DNA of 63,517 nucleotides, counting the filler, from Choristocarpus tenellus KU-1152 (lineage: Eukaryota; Protista; Phaeophyceae): the NCBI GenBank assembly GCA_964200185.2. It is 14 parts of 14 records of this genome, joined end to end, with 100 filler letters (N's around TTAATTAATTAA, not from the genome) between each part and the next. Parts side by side here need not be neighbours in the genome. Positions count along the whole stretch, not along the records: positions 1 to 3,957 come from CAXNAD020016942.1; positions 4,058 to 8,725 come from CAXNAD020013537.1; positions 8,826 to 11,827 come from CAXNAD020023013.1; positions 11,928 to 15,873 come from CAXNAD020017004.1; 10 more parts are not named here. One strand, given 5' to 3'. Both the position numbers and the translations under genes were made by a program. The stretch's first letter is position 1; each line of letters begins with the position of its first letter. Below are positions 1-12,719 of the stretch, in pieces. The notes under the pieces were generated by a model. It saw only the letters and a program-made list of their open reading frames with translations. It ran no database searches and was not told where the DNA came from.

Positions 1-163
1 AGGGGGGGGGGGTCTACACCAGTGTGTCCATTTGGACCAAAACCAGGAAAAGTGCTTTTACAGTATCCATTTGACGTATGCAAACCAAATCAACAAAAAA
101 TTGCGACATGAAAAAATTGCCCCCAAAAGGACAGCCGCCACCCCCTCCCAGATATTTTGAGCC
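1..163 (-). mobile_element. MITE family A copy, truncated by window start
   Basis: Reverse complement of 720-898; ends CCCAGATATTTTGAGCC. Confidence 0.9.
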
Positions 164-280
164 AGCGCTGAAATATAGAGTGTATTGCGGGAGACTATTG
201 AAATCAACCATGACTGTTATCATTCCGTCCGTGTGCCGATCGAATATTGTGCGACCGGTCACTAGATGAGGATTAGGTCG

Positions 281-1038
281 TGTGTATTCCTATATTCTTT
301 ACTTTCCCATGTTGTTTCATGTTCTTGATACCTTCCACTTCCTTTTGTGTCACTTGCTCTCTCCCCCCGGCAAGTACGTACTTCTTTGTTTCATTGTGCA
401 TTCTCTCGAATGCTGGTGTTACTCGTGTTCACCACATTTTGTTGCCGTATTTTCTCCTGTTATTACTCAATCTCCTATTGTTTGCATTTTTTGCATTGAG
501 CATTTGCCTTGCGTTCCACACTCATTGTACTATTATAATGTTAGCGGCACGAGATTCCATTAATCCCTGTGTATTCCAATATTCTTCACTTTTCCCAAGT
601 TGTTTCATGTTCTTCATACCTTCCACTTCCTTTTGTATCGCTTGCTCTCTCCCCCCGGTAAGTACGTACTTCTTTGTTACATTGTCCATTCTCTCGAATG
701 CTGGTGTTACTCGTGTTCAGGGTCAAATTATCTGGAGGGGGGTGGCGGCTGTCCATTTGGGATCATTTTTTTCATGTCGCGTTTTTTTTGGCGATTTGGT
801 TGCATACGGCCGATGGATAATGTAAATGCACTTTTCCTTATTTTGACCCAAATGGACACCCAGGTGTAGACCCCCCCCTCCCACAGATACTTTGGGTCTC
901 ACCACATTTTTTTGCCATATTTTCTCCTGTTATTACTCAATCTCCTTTTGTTTGCAATTTTTGCATTGGTTATTTCCCTTGCGTTCCACACTCATTGTAC
1001 TATTATAGTGTTAGAGGTACGAGATTTCATGAATCCCT
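281..1038 (+). repeat. Tandem duplication of a ~288-bp unit (281-568 and 569-1038); the second copy carries a MITE
   Basis: Units begin GTATTCC.ATATTCTT and end GAGATT.CAT.AATCCCT; the length difference equals the MITE plus 3 bp. Confidence 0.92.
720..898 (+). mobile_element. MITE family A, full length 179 bp, TSD TCA
   Basis: TIRs GGGTCAAATTATCTGG / CAGATACTTTGGGTC; subterminal TGTCCATTTGGG / CCCAAATGGACA; empty site at 421-440. Confidence 0.93.
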
Positions 1039-3887
1039 ACGATGACTACTTGTGTGATGTCACTGTCAAGTTCGACGCATGTCGGACCCACATGCTCCCT
1101 CCCCCACATTCTCTTCATTCAGAGTCTCTTACTGCGTCGAAGGTGGGCTTGTTCTTGGAGGATCATCCCCTAACCCTAATATACAAGACGAGGAGGGGGG
1201 CTCAATTAGGCACAGATAACCATCTCAAAAGCCATCGGGACATGATTTGTCTCGCGCACAACGATGGGACAATGTTCACATGCAATGAGCGAGTCACTGT
1301 CGACGGCATCTTCGGACACTGGCATGATACATCTCCTGTTGTACTCCAATCCATGATGGACGTCGAATACGAAGGTGCTGCCTCGGACATCCCCATGAGG
1401 GCCCTCCACTTCCTTGTAAACAGGTTCGTTAATAACGTCACACACATCCTTCTTCACAGAAGCAGCGATTTTTTTATTGTAGAAGGTGCAGGACATCGTT
1501 AAACAGTAACAGAACGAGCTGGGTGACGGTTCAGGGGCGTCAATCCATACCACGAGTTTGTTTCCCGAATCGCTACCTTAAGCATCGAAACACACAAAGA
1601 GCGTGTTGCCCTGTATCGGAACATACTGCATACACTGCGAAATGATGAATCCGTGCGCAATTCAATATACCACATTAGGGCTAATTTACGAACTGCCCTC
1701 CTGTGATAGGTACACGAATGCTGGGGACACCATCGTCTCCTACAGCGCAGAGAGGCACAATGTGGTGGAGGCGGCCCTTGAACGGAGCAGGAGGATGGAG
1801 GTGTTCGTGTCCAACGCGGCGTCAAAGGACGAGGTGAAGGAGAGGATGGACACGTCCTTCGGCCAAGCCTACGAGGAGGGCAAGTGGAAGGTAAGAAGGG
1901 TGTGCTGGCTTTTTTTTCCATTGCTTTCCAACTTGTTGTTTGTACTACTAACCCTATGGGTAGGTCTCGAGCTTGCAATTGTACTGGAGATGTTTCCTTG
2001 TAGACGTTTACACGTAGCCAACTTTGTGCATGCAGTTACCCACACCACCGCTGGAAATCGCGAGTCCCCAAGACTTTGCTGTGATCGTCGGTACGTGGTA
2101 ATGTCCCCATTCCCACACAAAAAATATAAAAACATTGTGCAGTGCATCACAACATCTTTAACCAACTAACCCTAACCCATACATATATGACAAAACCTTT
2201 TCGCATGGCTAACCCACTTCACTGCCACATTGTTTGACTGTCACATATACGCGCGTGATGCTACAGGTAGCCACGTCTCTCGCTCAAGAATGCGTGATAG
2301 GCCCTTCCTGCCTGCCGAGAGCTTTAGGGCAGACCATCCTCCCAATGAAGACTCAGCGATGTTTCGCTGAGGCCGTCCATCCTCAGGGAAAGGCGATGGG
2401 ACGCGATGAGGCGACCATTTTCGTAGCAAAGGCGGTGGCAACGGGCTTCGGCTACCAGATCGAGGTGAATGTGGTATGGAATGAGTGAAAGTATCTTAGA
2501 GGGAACGAATTTTTCACTGTTTGTCCATTTGTGGGGCTTGGCGCACATAATGGATTTTTTTACGACGTTTTCCGTCTCATTGGTATGTTTCGGAGTAGGT
2601 AAAATGTATACACGTTTGTGGGGCTCGGCTTCCTATGGGTTTTTTTATGACATTGCCTGGCTCTGAAAATGTTTCGGAGTATGTAAAATGTATACGTCGT
2701 GAAAGGTGAGTCCGAAACATAGATATTGAAACTACTTCCTAACAAACACGATATCCAAGATTTCATCAAATCGCAACATCATATTTTGACGCCCAAATTG
2801 ACGTGGCTCTTCCCTCTAAGATACTTTGGCTCGAATGCGCTAATTTACTAATTTTGTTTAGATCGAACAGCAGAGTTTAGTTACGAACACACACGATATC
2901 CAAATTATTTTTATTCGTAAGTCCTAACCTACCTAATACGGCACCCAAACACGTCGTGTACAAATATGTGGGCCTTAGAGGTAAGTATTGCGTCGGTAGC
3001 ATGTGTGACATTTTGCCACAATAATGTTGCCGTCTTTGCACCACCTTCTTCGGACGATATTACCTCCAATTCACGAACATTCATGAATCGCCGTACTATA
3101 ACCCCCCATCAACACCCCTCGACCCCACCCAACCCCACCGATGTAATTGTCCTCCACAATATTCAGCCGCGTGCAAGCTCGTCCTCGGATCCCGCGGAAA
3201 TGGCCTTGTACCCGCTTGAAGGGAAAGACTACAAAGTCGGCGGGAATGACATCCCTGCGTGGGGCGATCTCGTCGTGTGCAACTCTCGATCAGAGGCCTT
3301 CAGTTCGCTCTCGCCCGAAGACCGAGAAGAACAATACATTCGTCTACTCCATGTGGCCAGTAACAGACAGCTCAAGCGCATGCTTTTGCCTGATAGGGAG
3401 GTGTGTGGGCCGGGCGCAGAGCTCTACTTGCGTGGCAGCCACTTGCCCATTGTACTACATGCGATGGATCAAGAAGGCAGACGATGCCAACATCGTGTTC
3501 ACATCAGAAGTGCCACAGAGCGGAAGCCGTCAACAGGTCCTACTCCCCTTCTCCTAGGTTGGCCCCGGAGAGACGTTGGTCACTCCCGTGATCGGGAGAG
3601 TGTGCAAACCCCGATTGAAAGATGACACCAGATCACAATTCAACGCACTCCCAGGTGGTAGGGTAGTGCGTTCTCAAGGGTTCGAATTGGTGGATTCTGA
3701 CTCAGAATTGACGCCAATGACCACTAGAAAGCGCAAGTATCCCTCTTCTGGCACGGGTGAAAAGGGTACTGGTCGCAACATACGGAGTGGAGGTAGTGAT
3801 TCTGCCATGATGGAAGAGCAGGACGAGGAGGAAAGAGAAGATGGGTTAGGGTATGATACAGAGAAGGATGAAGGGGCTGACGAATAG
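1029..3887 (+). pseudogene. Degenerate spliced gene of unknown function (coding-like blocks ~1029-1890, 2267-2464, ~3167-3887)
   Basis: Long reading frames bounded by GT/AG (AAG|GTAAG 1890, CAG|GTA 2267, GAG|GTGAA 2464), with internal stops and a frameshift; no recognisable domain. Confidence 0.45.
2483..2832 (+). mobile_element. MITE family B, 350 bp, TSD GAAT
   Basis: TIRs GAGTGAAAGTATCTTAGAGGGA / TCCCTCTAAGATACTTTGGCTC flanked by GAAT on both sides. Confidence 0.92.
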
Positions 3888-3957
3888 TTGTAAGAAGATA
3901 ATCGGGACGGCGGGCGGGTAGGAGGGAGGGGGCGGGGGCGGGGGGTGAGAGTTGAAG

Positions 3958-4057
3958 NNNNNNNNNNNNNNNNNNNNNNNNNNNNNNNNNNNNNNNNNNN
4001 NTTAATTAATTAANNNNNNNNNNNNNNNNNNNNNNNNNNNNNNNNNNNNNNNNNNNN
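3958..4057. other. Artificial 100-bp contig linker (N44-TTAATTAATTAA-N44). The same linker occurs at 8726-8825, 11828-11927, 15874-15973, 20475-20574, 23674-23773, 27979-28078, 33634-33733, 42941-43040, 45898-45997, 51683-51782, 56720-56819 and 60294-60393
   Basis: 13 identical spacers, each with stop codons in all six frames, typical of contig concatenation for gene prediction. Confidence 0.98.
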
Positions 4058-4100
4058 TTTCCCTACACACCTCCCCCCCCCCCCCCTCCCCCCCCCCCAG

Positions 4101-5714
4101 GTCAGCTTCACCCCTGACTTGCCCCGAGCCAAGCTCGATGCTATCCGCAGCATGGGCATGGGCACGCTCAACAAGGTGGCTCTTTTGTTCCAGAGCGTGT
4201 TCTGGGACCAGGTCGATTTTCTCGGGCATGTCGGAGAGGATCGTTCGAAATGGTTGCTCTTTGTGGACATGAGCCGGATAACTGGGCAGCCCATCTTAGT
4301 AGGCATGACTGGGGGCCCGTTTGCGGTATTCATTGAGCGGCTCACCGACTCCAAGGTTGTCGAGAGGGCAATGTCCGTCATCAGAACTATGTACCCTCTG
4401 GCCCTGGCCCCGCTGGCATCGGAGGTCACTCGGTGGAAGAGGGACCGTCATGCAAGGGGAAGTTTTTCCTTCATCCCCCCAGGATGCAGGTTTGTGGGCA
4501 CTATTTTGATACTCCCTTATACTTCCTTTGGTGTTTGGACTGTGCTTGCGCTGATTGATCAATGCCACGCCTGCATCACCTCTCGTGGTCCACAGTAAGT
4601 ACTGTCTCGATCTGGACCCTTGAATCCAACCAAGCACTACTACACATAGCGTTTCCCCCCCCCAAAAAAAAAAGAAAAAAAAAAGAAAAAAAAGCATTTT
4701 TCTTAACGAAAAAAAACAAAAAAACAAAAAAGAAAAAAAAAGACATTAACAAACGAATCGATTCCTCTCTCTTGATTCTGATCCTTCTCGTCTTGATGAT
4801 TTGCCTGTTGCTTGTCCGGTCTTAGCGCCGCCGAGTACGAAGCCCTGTCAGAGCCGTTATGTGACGCTGAAGGCATCCCTAGGGTGCTTTTTGCGGGGGA
4901 GGCCACGACTCCTTTCCACCCGAGTACCGTGCACGGCGCGTGGTTGACGGGCCTGCGAGAAGCCGCTCGCCTGGACATGTATGCAAGACCTCTACTAGGA
5001 AGCAAAGGGCGGCGGGGCAAGCGTCGCAGCAGCAACTCTTTTTCCCCAGATGTCATGTATATGTCGTCGGTGATGTACTCAGCTCCCACGACGAGTGGAG
5101 CACGGGCTCGTCGAGCCTCCGCCAGGGCGAAGTTGCGACAGATTGTAGGCCCTGCAAAGCAGAAGCAAACTATTGTTGACTATCGGAAGGTCAAGAAGCG
5201 TGCGAGTTTTGGACTGGAGGGGGACAATCTCCGGCGCTCGCCTAGGCTGCAGGCCATGGACACTTACGGTGATGAGCAAGACAGAAAGTCCCTGGATCAT
5301 CGAAGACTGCTTGACTCACTCTGCTCTTTGCCGTACGGGCCGAAGAGGAGTGCTGGCAATGGCGGGTTGGAGAGTGGGACAGATCAGGCGAGGGGCATAG
5401 CTGCACCCACGCTGAGGGCTTTTGAGCCACAGGTGCCTGCAGTGAAGACCTTGGGAGGGCAGCATGATGCACCTGCAAATGGGTCTTCGGAGGGAGGTGT
5501 GAAAGTTCCGCAATGTGCTCGGTCTGAGAGTGTGATCACGCCGAGTGCAGTACGCCAATTGAGTGAGCACAACCGACCCGATTGTGACGTTGAGTCTCAA
5601 GGTGGACTTGGGAGCAGTCAACTGCCTAACAAGGCAGGTCAAACTCTTTCAGTAGGTGTCGCATGTGCCTGTCAGTTGTCGACCTGCGAAGGAAAGCGGC
5701 AAAGGTTTGGTTAG
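4101..5714 (+). CDS. Flavin amine oxidase, LSD1/KDM1- or polyamine-oxidase-like; 3' exons 4101-4489 and 4826-5714, 5' part missing
   Basis: Motifs GMGTLNKVALLF..VFW, VTRW..D.HARGSFS and LFAGEAT...HPSTVHGAWLTGLREA; GT-AG intron 4490-4825 joins in frame (GC-S-AAEY). Confidence 0.9.
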
Positions 5715-7195
5715 AGCTCTTAGCAATCCCCAGGTGTTGAACATATTATAGTCAGTGCAAACAATCTGTTCAACCTCCCCGGCAATGGGACTCCCCAACA
5801 GCAAAGCCGTTTGAGGACCAAAAATGGCTGCAGCTGGCAATAGTGTTTTCCATGGGAGGCTCTTATAACTGTTGATAATGCACGACAGTGCTTGAGCCGT
5901 TGTTGGCAATGTAATGAATTTTCCCCTTAGCTAGTTGTGAGGCTAAAGATCTGGATATCCAAAAAGAGGCGTTTCTTGTTCCCTTGAGGGAGACAATTTA
6001 GAGATGTACAATGTAGTAGTATCTGTATAGTCCATTATGGCAAGGAATTTGCTTGGTATCGCCATTCCAAAGCTTTTGGTCTTGTGGTGCTGCACTATAG
6101 TATGCTGTCCGTAGACAAAGAACAAAAACCAACAGGGGGCGTATAGAACCATTTTTTGACCTGCTGCTTTGCTCTCCATGGAGTGGTCAAACATTTTTTA
6201 TTTTGATGTGCTAGCCAAGTGCATCCCTAGTGGTAGCATCAACTGAGGGTAGTCTTTTAATAGACTATGCTTCTTCATGTAATTTGTTGCTTCCAATGGA
6301 AGAATTATGATGCAAGCTGCCCAGCTCTGCACTCTTCGTTTGGAATCCTACCTTCAGATCGAGTACATGATCTGTATATGTATGTGTGTATGTATCTCAC
6401 ACATCTCTTGGTTGGATCGACTCACATAGAAATATGTGTATATATAGCTTCACAAGACATACACCATGTTGAACTCTACATTCCTTGACAGAGGGACTTC
6501 AGATTGGGCTTAATATGATTACTTGCATGTCTTTCATCACACTCATCACCATGATCAGTCATATATGTACTAGAGACGATTTCTACTCACTACTCAATGA
6601 GGTAACTCCAACTTAGAAATATATATATACATATGTATATGTACATATATATTTGGTACCTACATCTCTGCAAATGTCTGTAGTACAACCCTGATGCTAA
6701 ATTAGAACCAACATCATTGTAGAATAGTCGTACTTGTAATCATTCAATAATATTTTTTCCGTTCAAGCATAGGTTCCCTCTTAATGTGCCGTTCTTCTAT
6801 ACCTTACATGTTCATATCAATATCTTATGACACACCCTTATTGTAATAAATCATGATCTGTCGAAGCCCGTTTTACTCCTTGAGAGATGTCATGCCTCCA
6901 CATCACACACCCCTCACTCAGCAAGGCATCATTACCATTAGTTATATTGCAATATAAGGTCAAGAACATACATGAGTATTAGCTTTACCGATGGTTCTGG
7001 GGGAGATTGTACATACTATCTTCTGGAAGGTATCTATCTTGACACGGTGGTACATTGAACAACGAAATGTTACAGGAAAATATTTACCTGGGCGCAGGGA
7101 TACACTCTGAACAACAATACTGAAACAACAAACCGTCCCATGGCGACCTCCTCAAAACCAGGAAGAGTATGTACCCACCTCATATGACCAGTTGA

Positions 7196-7480
7196 GAGTC
7201 AAAGTAAACGAGAGGTACCCAGGTTTTGGTCGTTTTGCAGCTTTAGTCTGTTTTTCAATCTTTGCAATTCACCATTGTTTTTATTTATATGCATGAAGTT
7301 CAACTACCTCGAACCTGACCCCCTACCCACCCACCCCAGGACAAAGTTTTTAACTCGAGAGCGTTTATTATTTCTCTATGGTATGAAAAAATTCCGACAC
7401 AACCAGAAAATATCCTACACACATTTTGTTTTTTAAAAAGGCGAATTTTGCACATACTTGTCCGCATCCTTAAACAGCCG
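7196..7480 (+). mobile_element. MITE family C, left part
   Basis: GAGTCAAAGTAAACGAGAGGTACCCAGG terminus shared with 15424 and 46920; right boundary uncertain. Confidence 0.7.
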
Positions 7481-7483
7481 ATC

Positions 7484-7572
7484 ACCAAAATTGAGGATGG
7501 AGCATACTATGGAGGATGAGTTTGACCCAAAATGGTTCGCGGAAAGTGCCCATATATATATTTTTGTAAATG
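7484..7572 (+). mobile_element. Fragment of the hAT-like MITE seen at 20414 and 20575
   Basis: CAAAATTGAGGATGG...TTGACCCAAAAT...GAAAGTGCC matches those copies. Confidence 0.7.
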
Positions 7573-7589
7573 TTGCGACACTTTAGAAG

Positions 7590-8725
7590 GGTCCCGCTAC
7601 GAATGGGAATCCATCCCGAAGGTGGTAATAGGACAGGGAGTACCATCAGCCCGGATATCGGCCAGGTACTTCTTGAAGGCTTCGGCGGCATCCGACTTTG
7701 CACGAAGGAAATACAACCAAACAAAACGAGAATAATCGTCCCGGATTATCATGGTGTATTGCTTACCACCGATTGAAAGGGTAGCCCTCTTCCCACTTAA
7801 GTCGACAAAAACCCGATCCAGCTTTCTTACCGCCCTTGTAGACGTGCTGGACCGAACGCCCTTCCGTATGCCCTTGCTCATAGAGCAGCCTGCACATGGC
7901 TCCAGCTCACCCACCAATGTAATGCCCATTGAAGGGGCGGTGGACTTGAGCAATGCCTCGTGTATGTGGCCATAAGAGCAGTGGAGGAGGTTAATGTCGA
8001 CGTTGGTGTGGGGAGCGTGGGGTACAAACGAGGGGGCTATAGTGGCCTTTAAAGCAAGTTTAGCATTTCGATTTAGTCGCGGCAATATGCGTTGACCATG
8101 GAGGGTGAAGTGGCAATCAGGATCTCTTGTGAAGTTAAGTACTTCATTTAATAGCGAGAATGTGTTGGCTGTGAAAATGCCTTTTGCACCCTTGTCAGCT
8201 GCTGCTTGGCAAGAGAAAAGGTTGAATCCTAGATCAGGGACATAGGCGACATTCTGAAGGAGTATTTCTACCTCCTTGTTGTCACGTGAAGGAAACAAGA
8301 TGATTAGATCACCATGACCAGCGATGCTAAAGGAATTTTGGCTGGCAGTGACTACCCTTTCATTTCCAATGCAAGGCTTGTAATTAGTCATGTGAGTTAT
8401 CATATTTGTTACATGACATGAAGTCGCACTGTCCAAAATCCATTCTTCCCTCTCGCGGCCAACCCCAACACTTGACACCAAACATTCGTTTCCCCACACT
8501 TGCCTGGAGCATTGCTGCTCGGAGAGTCCCCAGTGGCGATCAGTAGTGCATATTGCTCCTCGTCGCCGCAGCTGGTGGTACTTTCCACAGTAATGTGGGA
8601 AGGATTCGCCTCGGTCTTGATCTCTTCCTTCCCAGACTGAACCGTAGTCAAGAACACCGAAGTACACGTTGTTGCATCATGGGCACGTCCACCACACTTG
8701 GTGCAAATGCGATTTGGGCAAGCTG
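7590..8725 (-). mobile_element. Ty1/Copia LTR retrotransposon remnant (gag zinc knuckle, protease, GAG-pre-integrase, start of integrase core)
   Basis: CTKCGGRAHDATTC (CCHC, in a shifted frame), WILDSATSCHVT, H..YGH / CAGC zinc finger, VFVDLSG, DDYSRFVWLYFL. Confidence 0.93.
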
Positions 8726-9714
8726 NNNNNNNNNNNNNNNNNNNNNNNNNNNNNNNNNNNNNNNNNNNNTTAATTAATTAANNNNNNNNNNNNNNNNNNN
8801 NNNNNNNNNNNNNNNNNNNNNNNNNGGGGGGGGGGGGTGATTGGGAGTAGTTGACACTTCAAGCGCGGCGGTGATAGACTGGTTGCCCTTACCACATTTC
8901 AATTATTTTCTTCTCGGACTTACAACGTGCAGGTCACACTCAGTAGCTGCACCTCCAAATAGAGGTGAATGACACAATACTCGAGGGCTGTAAGAAATCA
9001 ATGCATTGATCCTGTTCACCGCTGCAAAAGTCCTCTCACAAACACCGCCCTGAAGCTACTGAATGTCATATCGTCAGTGCTTCTCCAATTGTAAGGCAGA
9101 CTTAATGTCCACTCACTTCCTCCTGGCCTAAAACTTGCATGCGTAAGAAGGATTCAATTAATCACTGATTCAGATTGGAAGCCGTGCCCTTCCAGAGCAT
9201 CTTAGGAGTCATCCTTCTGCAGGGTGTGAGTACTTGCGGTAGGTGACTATGATTGTCGAGACTTACTTTGCCAAGATACTCTCTGACTCCACAGTTAACA
9301 TCAAGTGATAGTGTCATTCACTGATTGTCTGATCAGTACATAAAGGTACCTAGAATCCTTGGTGGTTTTCCTAGTAGTCTCCTTGACGATTTCCAGGAAA
9401 TAATTTTAACCATCGCCAGAACTTCAAGAATACTTGGATAAATCTCTTCTAAATGAATCCTGCAATCTTCCCCTTCCTCTCCCTGTCAGTACACTTCGTT
9501 TTGCAATCTCCCTCCCTACCTCCAACAGTCCACAACCTCTCCATTGTCCCACCTACTTCCTTGATATATACTCATTACTACATATCATGTGTGTTGGCAC
9601 AAACACACAAAACGACAAATTGAGATCTGTGATGAGATCCGTGAGAATTTAGTTGAGCAAAACAAAATATCACTGATCCTATCCTTCCCTGCACGTTGAC
9701 GCATTCTACCTCAC

Positions 9715-10316
9715 CCTCTTCCCCACGTGTACACAGTTTGTGGAAGAGCAACGGCAAGGGAATGTGCCTTTCCAGCTGCAACCAACGAGACCTTCTCCCC
9801 CCTCAGCAACTCCACAGTGCAAGGCTCCCAACGGTCAAGGTAATCTCCATGGCCAAGTCTACCATCCTTGCCCCTCCCCCAGCTGTACACCTGGCAGTCT
9901 TAGAGTGTCACAAGCTACAGCAGTTACTCGATCTTGTCTTTGGTGACCAAAACAAGGGTACTCACAGCAGTATCCAGCACCAAACAAATATCTCTTTTTG
10001 TCTCTTCAGTGACCTGCAACCTATTAGTAGAATTAGTGGTTGCATGCAATACCGTCCCATTGCCCCCAAATATGCTGAGTGGGGTTCAAGTTCCAGTACC
10101 AACGACAAGCCTTCATGAATGACACCCCCCTCTCTCTCCTCTCCTCACATTTCCGTCCATGCTCAGGCACAGCACATGAGCTGCTCCTGCCACCACATTC
10201 TTGACACTAACTCCTCTGAGTCCCCTTGAAATAACAGTGGGTGTTCGTCTTGTTGTCAGGTTGTCCCCGAGTCCTAGCTCACCATTGCGCCCCAAACCCC
10301 ATGCCAGCACATGGCC
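9715..10316 (-). CDS. RCC1-repeat protein, internal exons 10316-10149 and 9890-9715
   Basis: GHVLAWGLGRNGELGLG...VAGAAHVLCL and VYSWGRGKDGRLGHGD...AAGKAHSLAV...VYTWGR; in-frame GT-AG junction. Confidence 0.9.
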
Positions 10317-11785
10317 CTACATGGTAACCATGATGGGGACAGATAACAGAAACGGAAAATGTGGGGGAGGGAGGGAAGGGTTGTGGCAAAGGGATACATA
10401 GGAGGGATATTTTCTGTTATTCCTTGATGACAGAACCGTGATGTTCCCCACTGATGGCAGTAGGAAGTGGCATCAACTTGTACATGCCACCCTAAAAAAA
10501 TTCCCCGGCTACAACATAAGCTTTCTTCCTCCAGAACTCAACACACCCCAATCAATGCACCCAGAAAGTCCCATCCATCCTCATGCATACGCCCCCACTC
10601 CACCTACCTACGTATGAGCCAAACCCCAGCAGGTCAGTCTGAGGGCCATACATAGAGGATCTGAGCGGTGGATGCTGATTTTGCGTCATGTTGAAAGGAG
10701 TTATTGGGTTGTCACCTAAATGGTGAAAATCAACATTTCAATTTGGGACTCCTCCCATAGGTCAAACAAGGTCAGATGGCTTTCCCAGCACTTGTTTTTT
10801 TTAAACTCTTGACACCCTTAGATACATCCGGCCTGTCTCCTCCTTTTTTCTCCTACTGGCATGCATAACAGAGGATAAATCACCTCGAATCTCCGGTACA
10901 AAGTTCGTTCCTCCTCCTTTATGTGACTCCACAGATCTGACAATAGTTTAGAATAAGGTGCCTTCCTCTGCAGATCCTCCACAGCCTTGATGTTGTGCCA
11001 TGCAATAACAGCGTAAGAAGCGAGGATGTTGGCAGTTGACTAGGGCAATTGGATTTGACTGCCAATGAGGGCGAGACTTGAACTCTTTGATTCCTTCCCA
11101 CCCAAGTACTCCACAGTGAAGATCAGTCCATTTTGTTTGTAATTCTCTTTGACAATAGTGATGTTCCTTATGTGGTAGTACTTTAAGGATCAAGAAATGG
11201 TTTGACGTGACTGCTCTCCTATCATTTCTGTGAGGCCACTGCAATAAAGACTTCAATTCATACAAGACTTGCAGAATGGAAGCTGTGATGACAAGAAGAA
11301 CCAAGCAACAACAAGTATGTCTCTCACGTGAGGTGGGGGGGGGGGGAGATGTCGGGAAGTTCAAAGGAACAATTTCTGACAAATGGCAAGACAGGGGTCT
11401 GTTTATCTTTTCCAATGTCCTTGACCCAGAGAGGGAGGAAAAATGTATTTGGTTTGGCTCGTTGTTATTGTGGAGCATAGCGAAGCTCTTTTGAACCGTA
11501 CAAGGACTGTCTTCTTGAGGGTGGGACGGAGTTCTATTTGAGTTTTTCTTTGTAGGCACTCTCTGGACGCGCGATTACAGGGCATATACCTCAAAAGGAA
11601 TCGATCTTGCTGGGTAGTTAGATGTAGTTGATGTTGCGCACTACATTGCATGGCAGTGACCTGTTCAATCTCTACAACAACAACAAGAAACCCCTTCAAT
11701 CTCTTCAGGTAACGACTGAGATTGAAGGGGATGTGGTGCGGTGTGGTTATAGTTACATGTATTCGCCGCTCTTCATCGAGGGATA

Positions 11786-11827
11786 GAGCCAAAGTATCTT
11801 AGAGGGTAGAGCCGCGTCCATTTGGGG
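11786..11827 (+). mobile_element. MITE family B terminus, truncated by contig end
   Basis: GAGCCAAAGTATCTTAGAGGGTAGAGCCGCGTCCATTTGGGG. Confidence 0.85.
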
Positions 11828-11927
11828 NNNNNNNNNNNNNNNNNNNNNNNNNNNNNNNNNNNNNNNNNNNNTTAATTAATTAANNNNNNNNNNNNNNNNN
11901 NNNNNNNNNNNNNNNNNNNNNNNNNNN

Positions 11928-12719
11928 GGGAGGAGCCTGGGTCCAAGGCCAGGGCAACAACAGGGGCCTTGGCAGGACTCTAGGTATCCTGACCAGTTGG
12001 TGTCTCAAGGGCGGGGACAGGGGGTTGGGGTCGCCCACCAAGGTGATTGTGGTGTAAGTGTTCAGGTAAATGACTTTGGGTTGAGGAGTGGTGTTGGGGT
12101 GGTGGGTCAGCCCGTGGTGGGAAGACAAGCTGTTGGGGAGGGGAGGATGGAACAACAGGCTGTTGTTCATGACAGCAGCAAACCAGCAAAGCAAGCAGCT
12201 TGGGGAAACCCAGAGAGGGTGGTGGATCAGACTGCAGGTGTTGTACAAAGTTCTGGCCAGGCTGGGGGAAGGACCGGTCCAGCACCAGTCCCAGCACCCA
12301 CATCCCAGGCAACTGCAGGGATTTCTGGAATTATAAATCAGGACCAAGGTTGGGCTCAAGCACAGGGTCAAACTCAGGGTCAACAACGTTCTCAGGCTAA
12401 AACTCAGGCACAGGCGCAGGCGCAGGCGCAGGCGCAGGTGCAGAATCGAACTCGGGGACAAGGTCAAGGTCAGGTGCACACTCATGCCAAGCAGCAGACT
12501 TCGTCTCAGGCTGAGACTCCGCCCAAGGTTCGTTCAGGCCCTGGAGTCCAGGATGGGGGAGAGACTGAGGGGCAGCGGGGACAGGGCAGGGGGACGGAAG
12601 TGATGGACAAGGAGGCCCTGAAGCAGACCTTCCTGCTGCTGATGGAGGATGATCGGTTTGTTGATATGTTGCACACACGATACTTGGCACAGATGCGACG
12701 CCGTCCTCCTCATCGCTAG
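11928..12719 (+). CDS. DCP1: mRNA-decapping subunit DCP1, 3' end (Q/G-rich linker and C-terminal trimerisation helix)
   Basis: C-terminus MDKEALKQTFLLLMEDDRFVDMLHTRYL fits the DCP1 C-terminal pattern (K..L.Q.L..L..DD.F...LH..YL); N-terminal EVH1 domain not in this contig. Confidence 0.7.
   Translation, partial: GRSLGPRPGQQQGPWQDSRYPDQLVSQGRGQGVGVAHQGDCGVSVQVNDFGLRSGVGVVGQPVVGRQAVGEGRMEQQAVVHDSSKPAKQAAWGNPERVVDQTAGVVQSSGQAGGRTGPAPVPAPTSQATAGISGIINQDQGWAQAQGQTQGQQRSQAKTQAQAQAQAQAQVQNRTRGQGQGQVHTHAKQQTSSQAETPPKVRSGPGVQDGGETEGQRGQGRGTEVMDKEALKQTFLLLMEDDRFVDMLHTRYLAQMRRRPPHR

Noticed and set aside
280-905. Hydrophobic ORFs of 60-181 aa
   Set aside because: They derive from a T-rich tandem duplication and MITE sequence.
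4002-4013. Recurrent TTAATTAATTAA palindrome inside N runs
   Set aside because: Identical 100-bp artificial linker; not biological.
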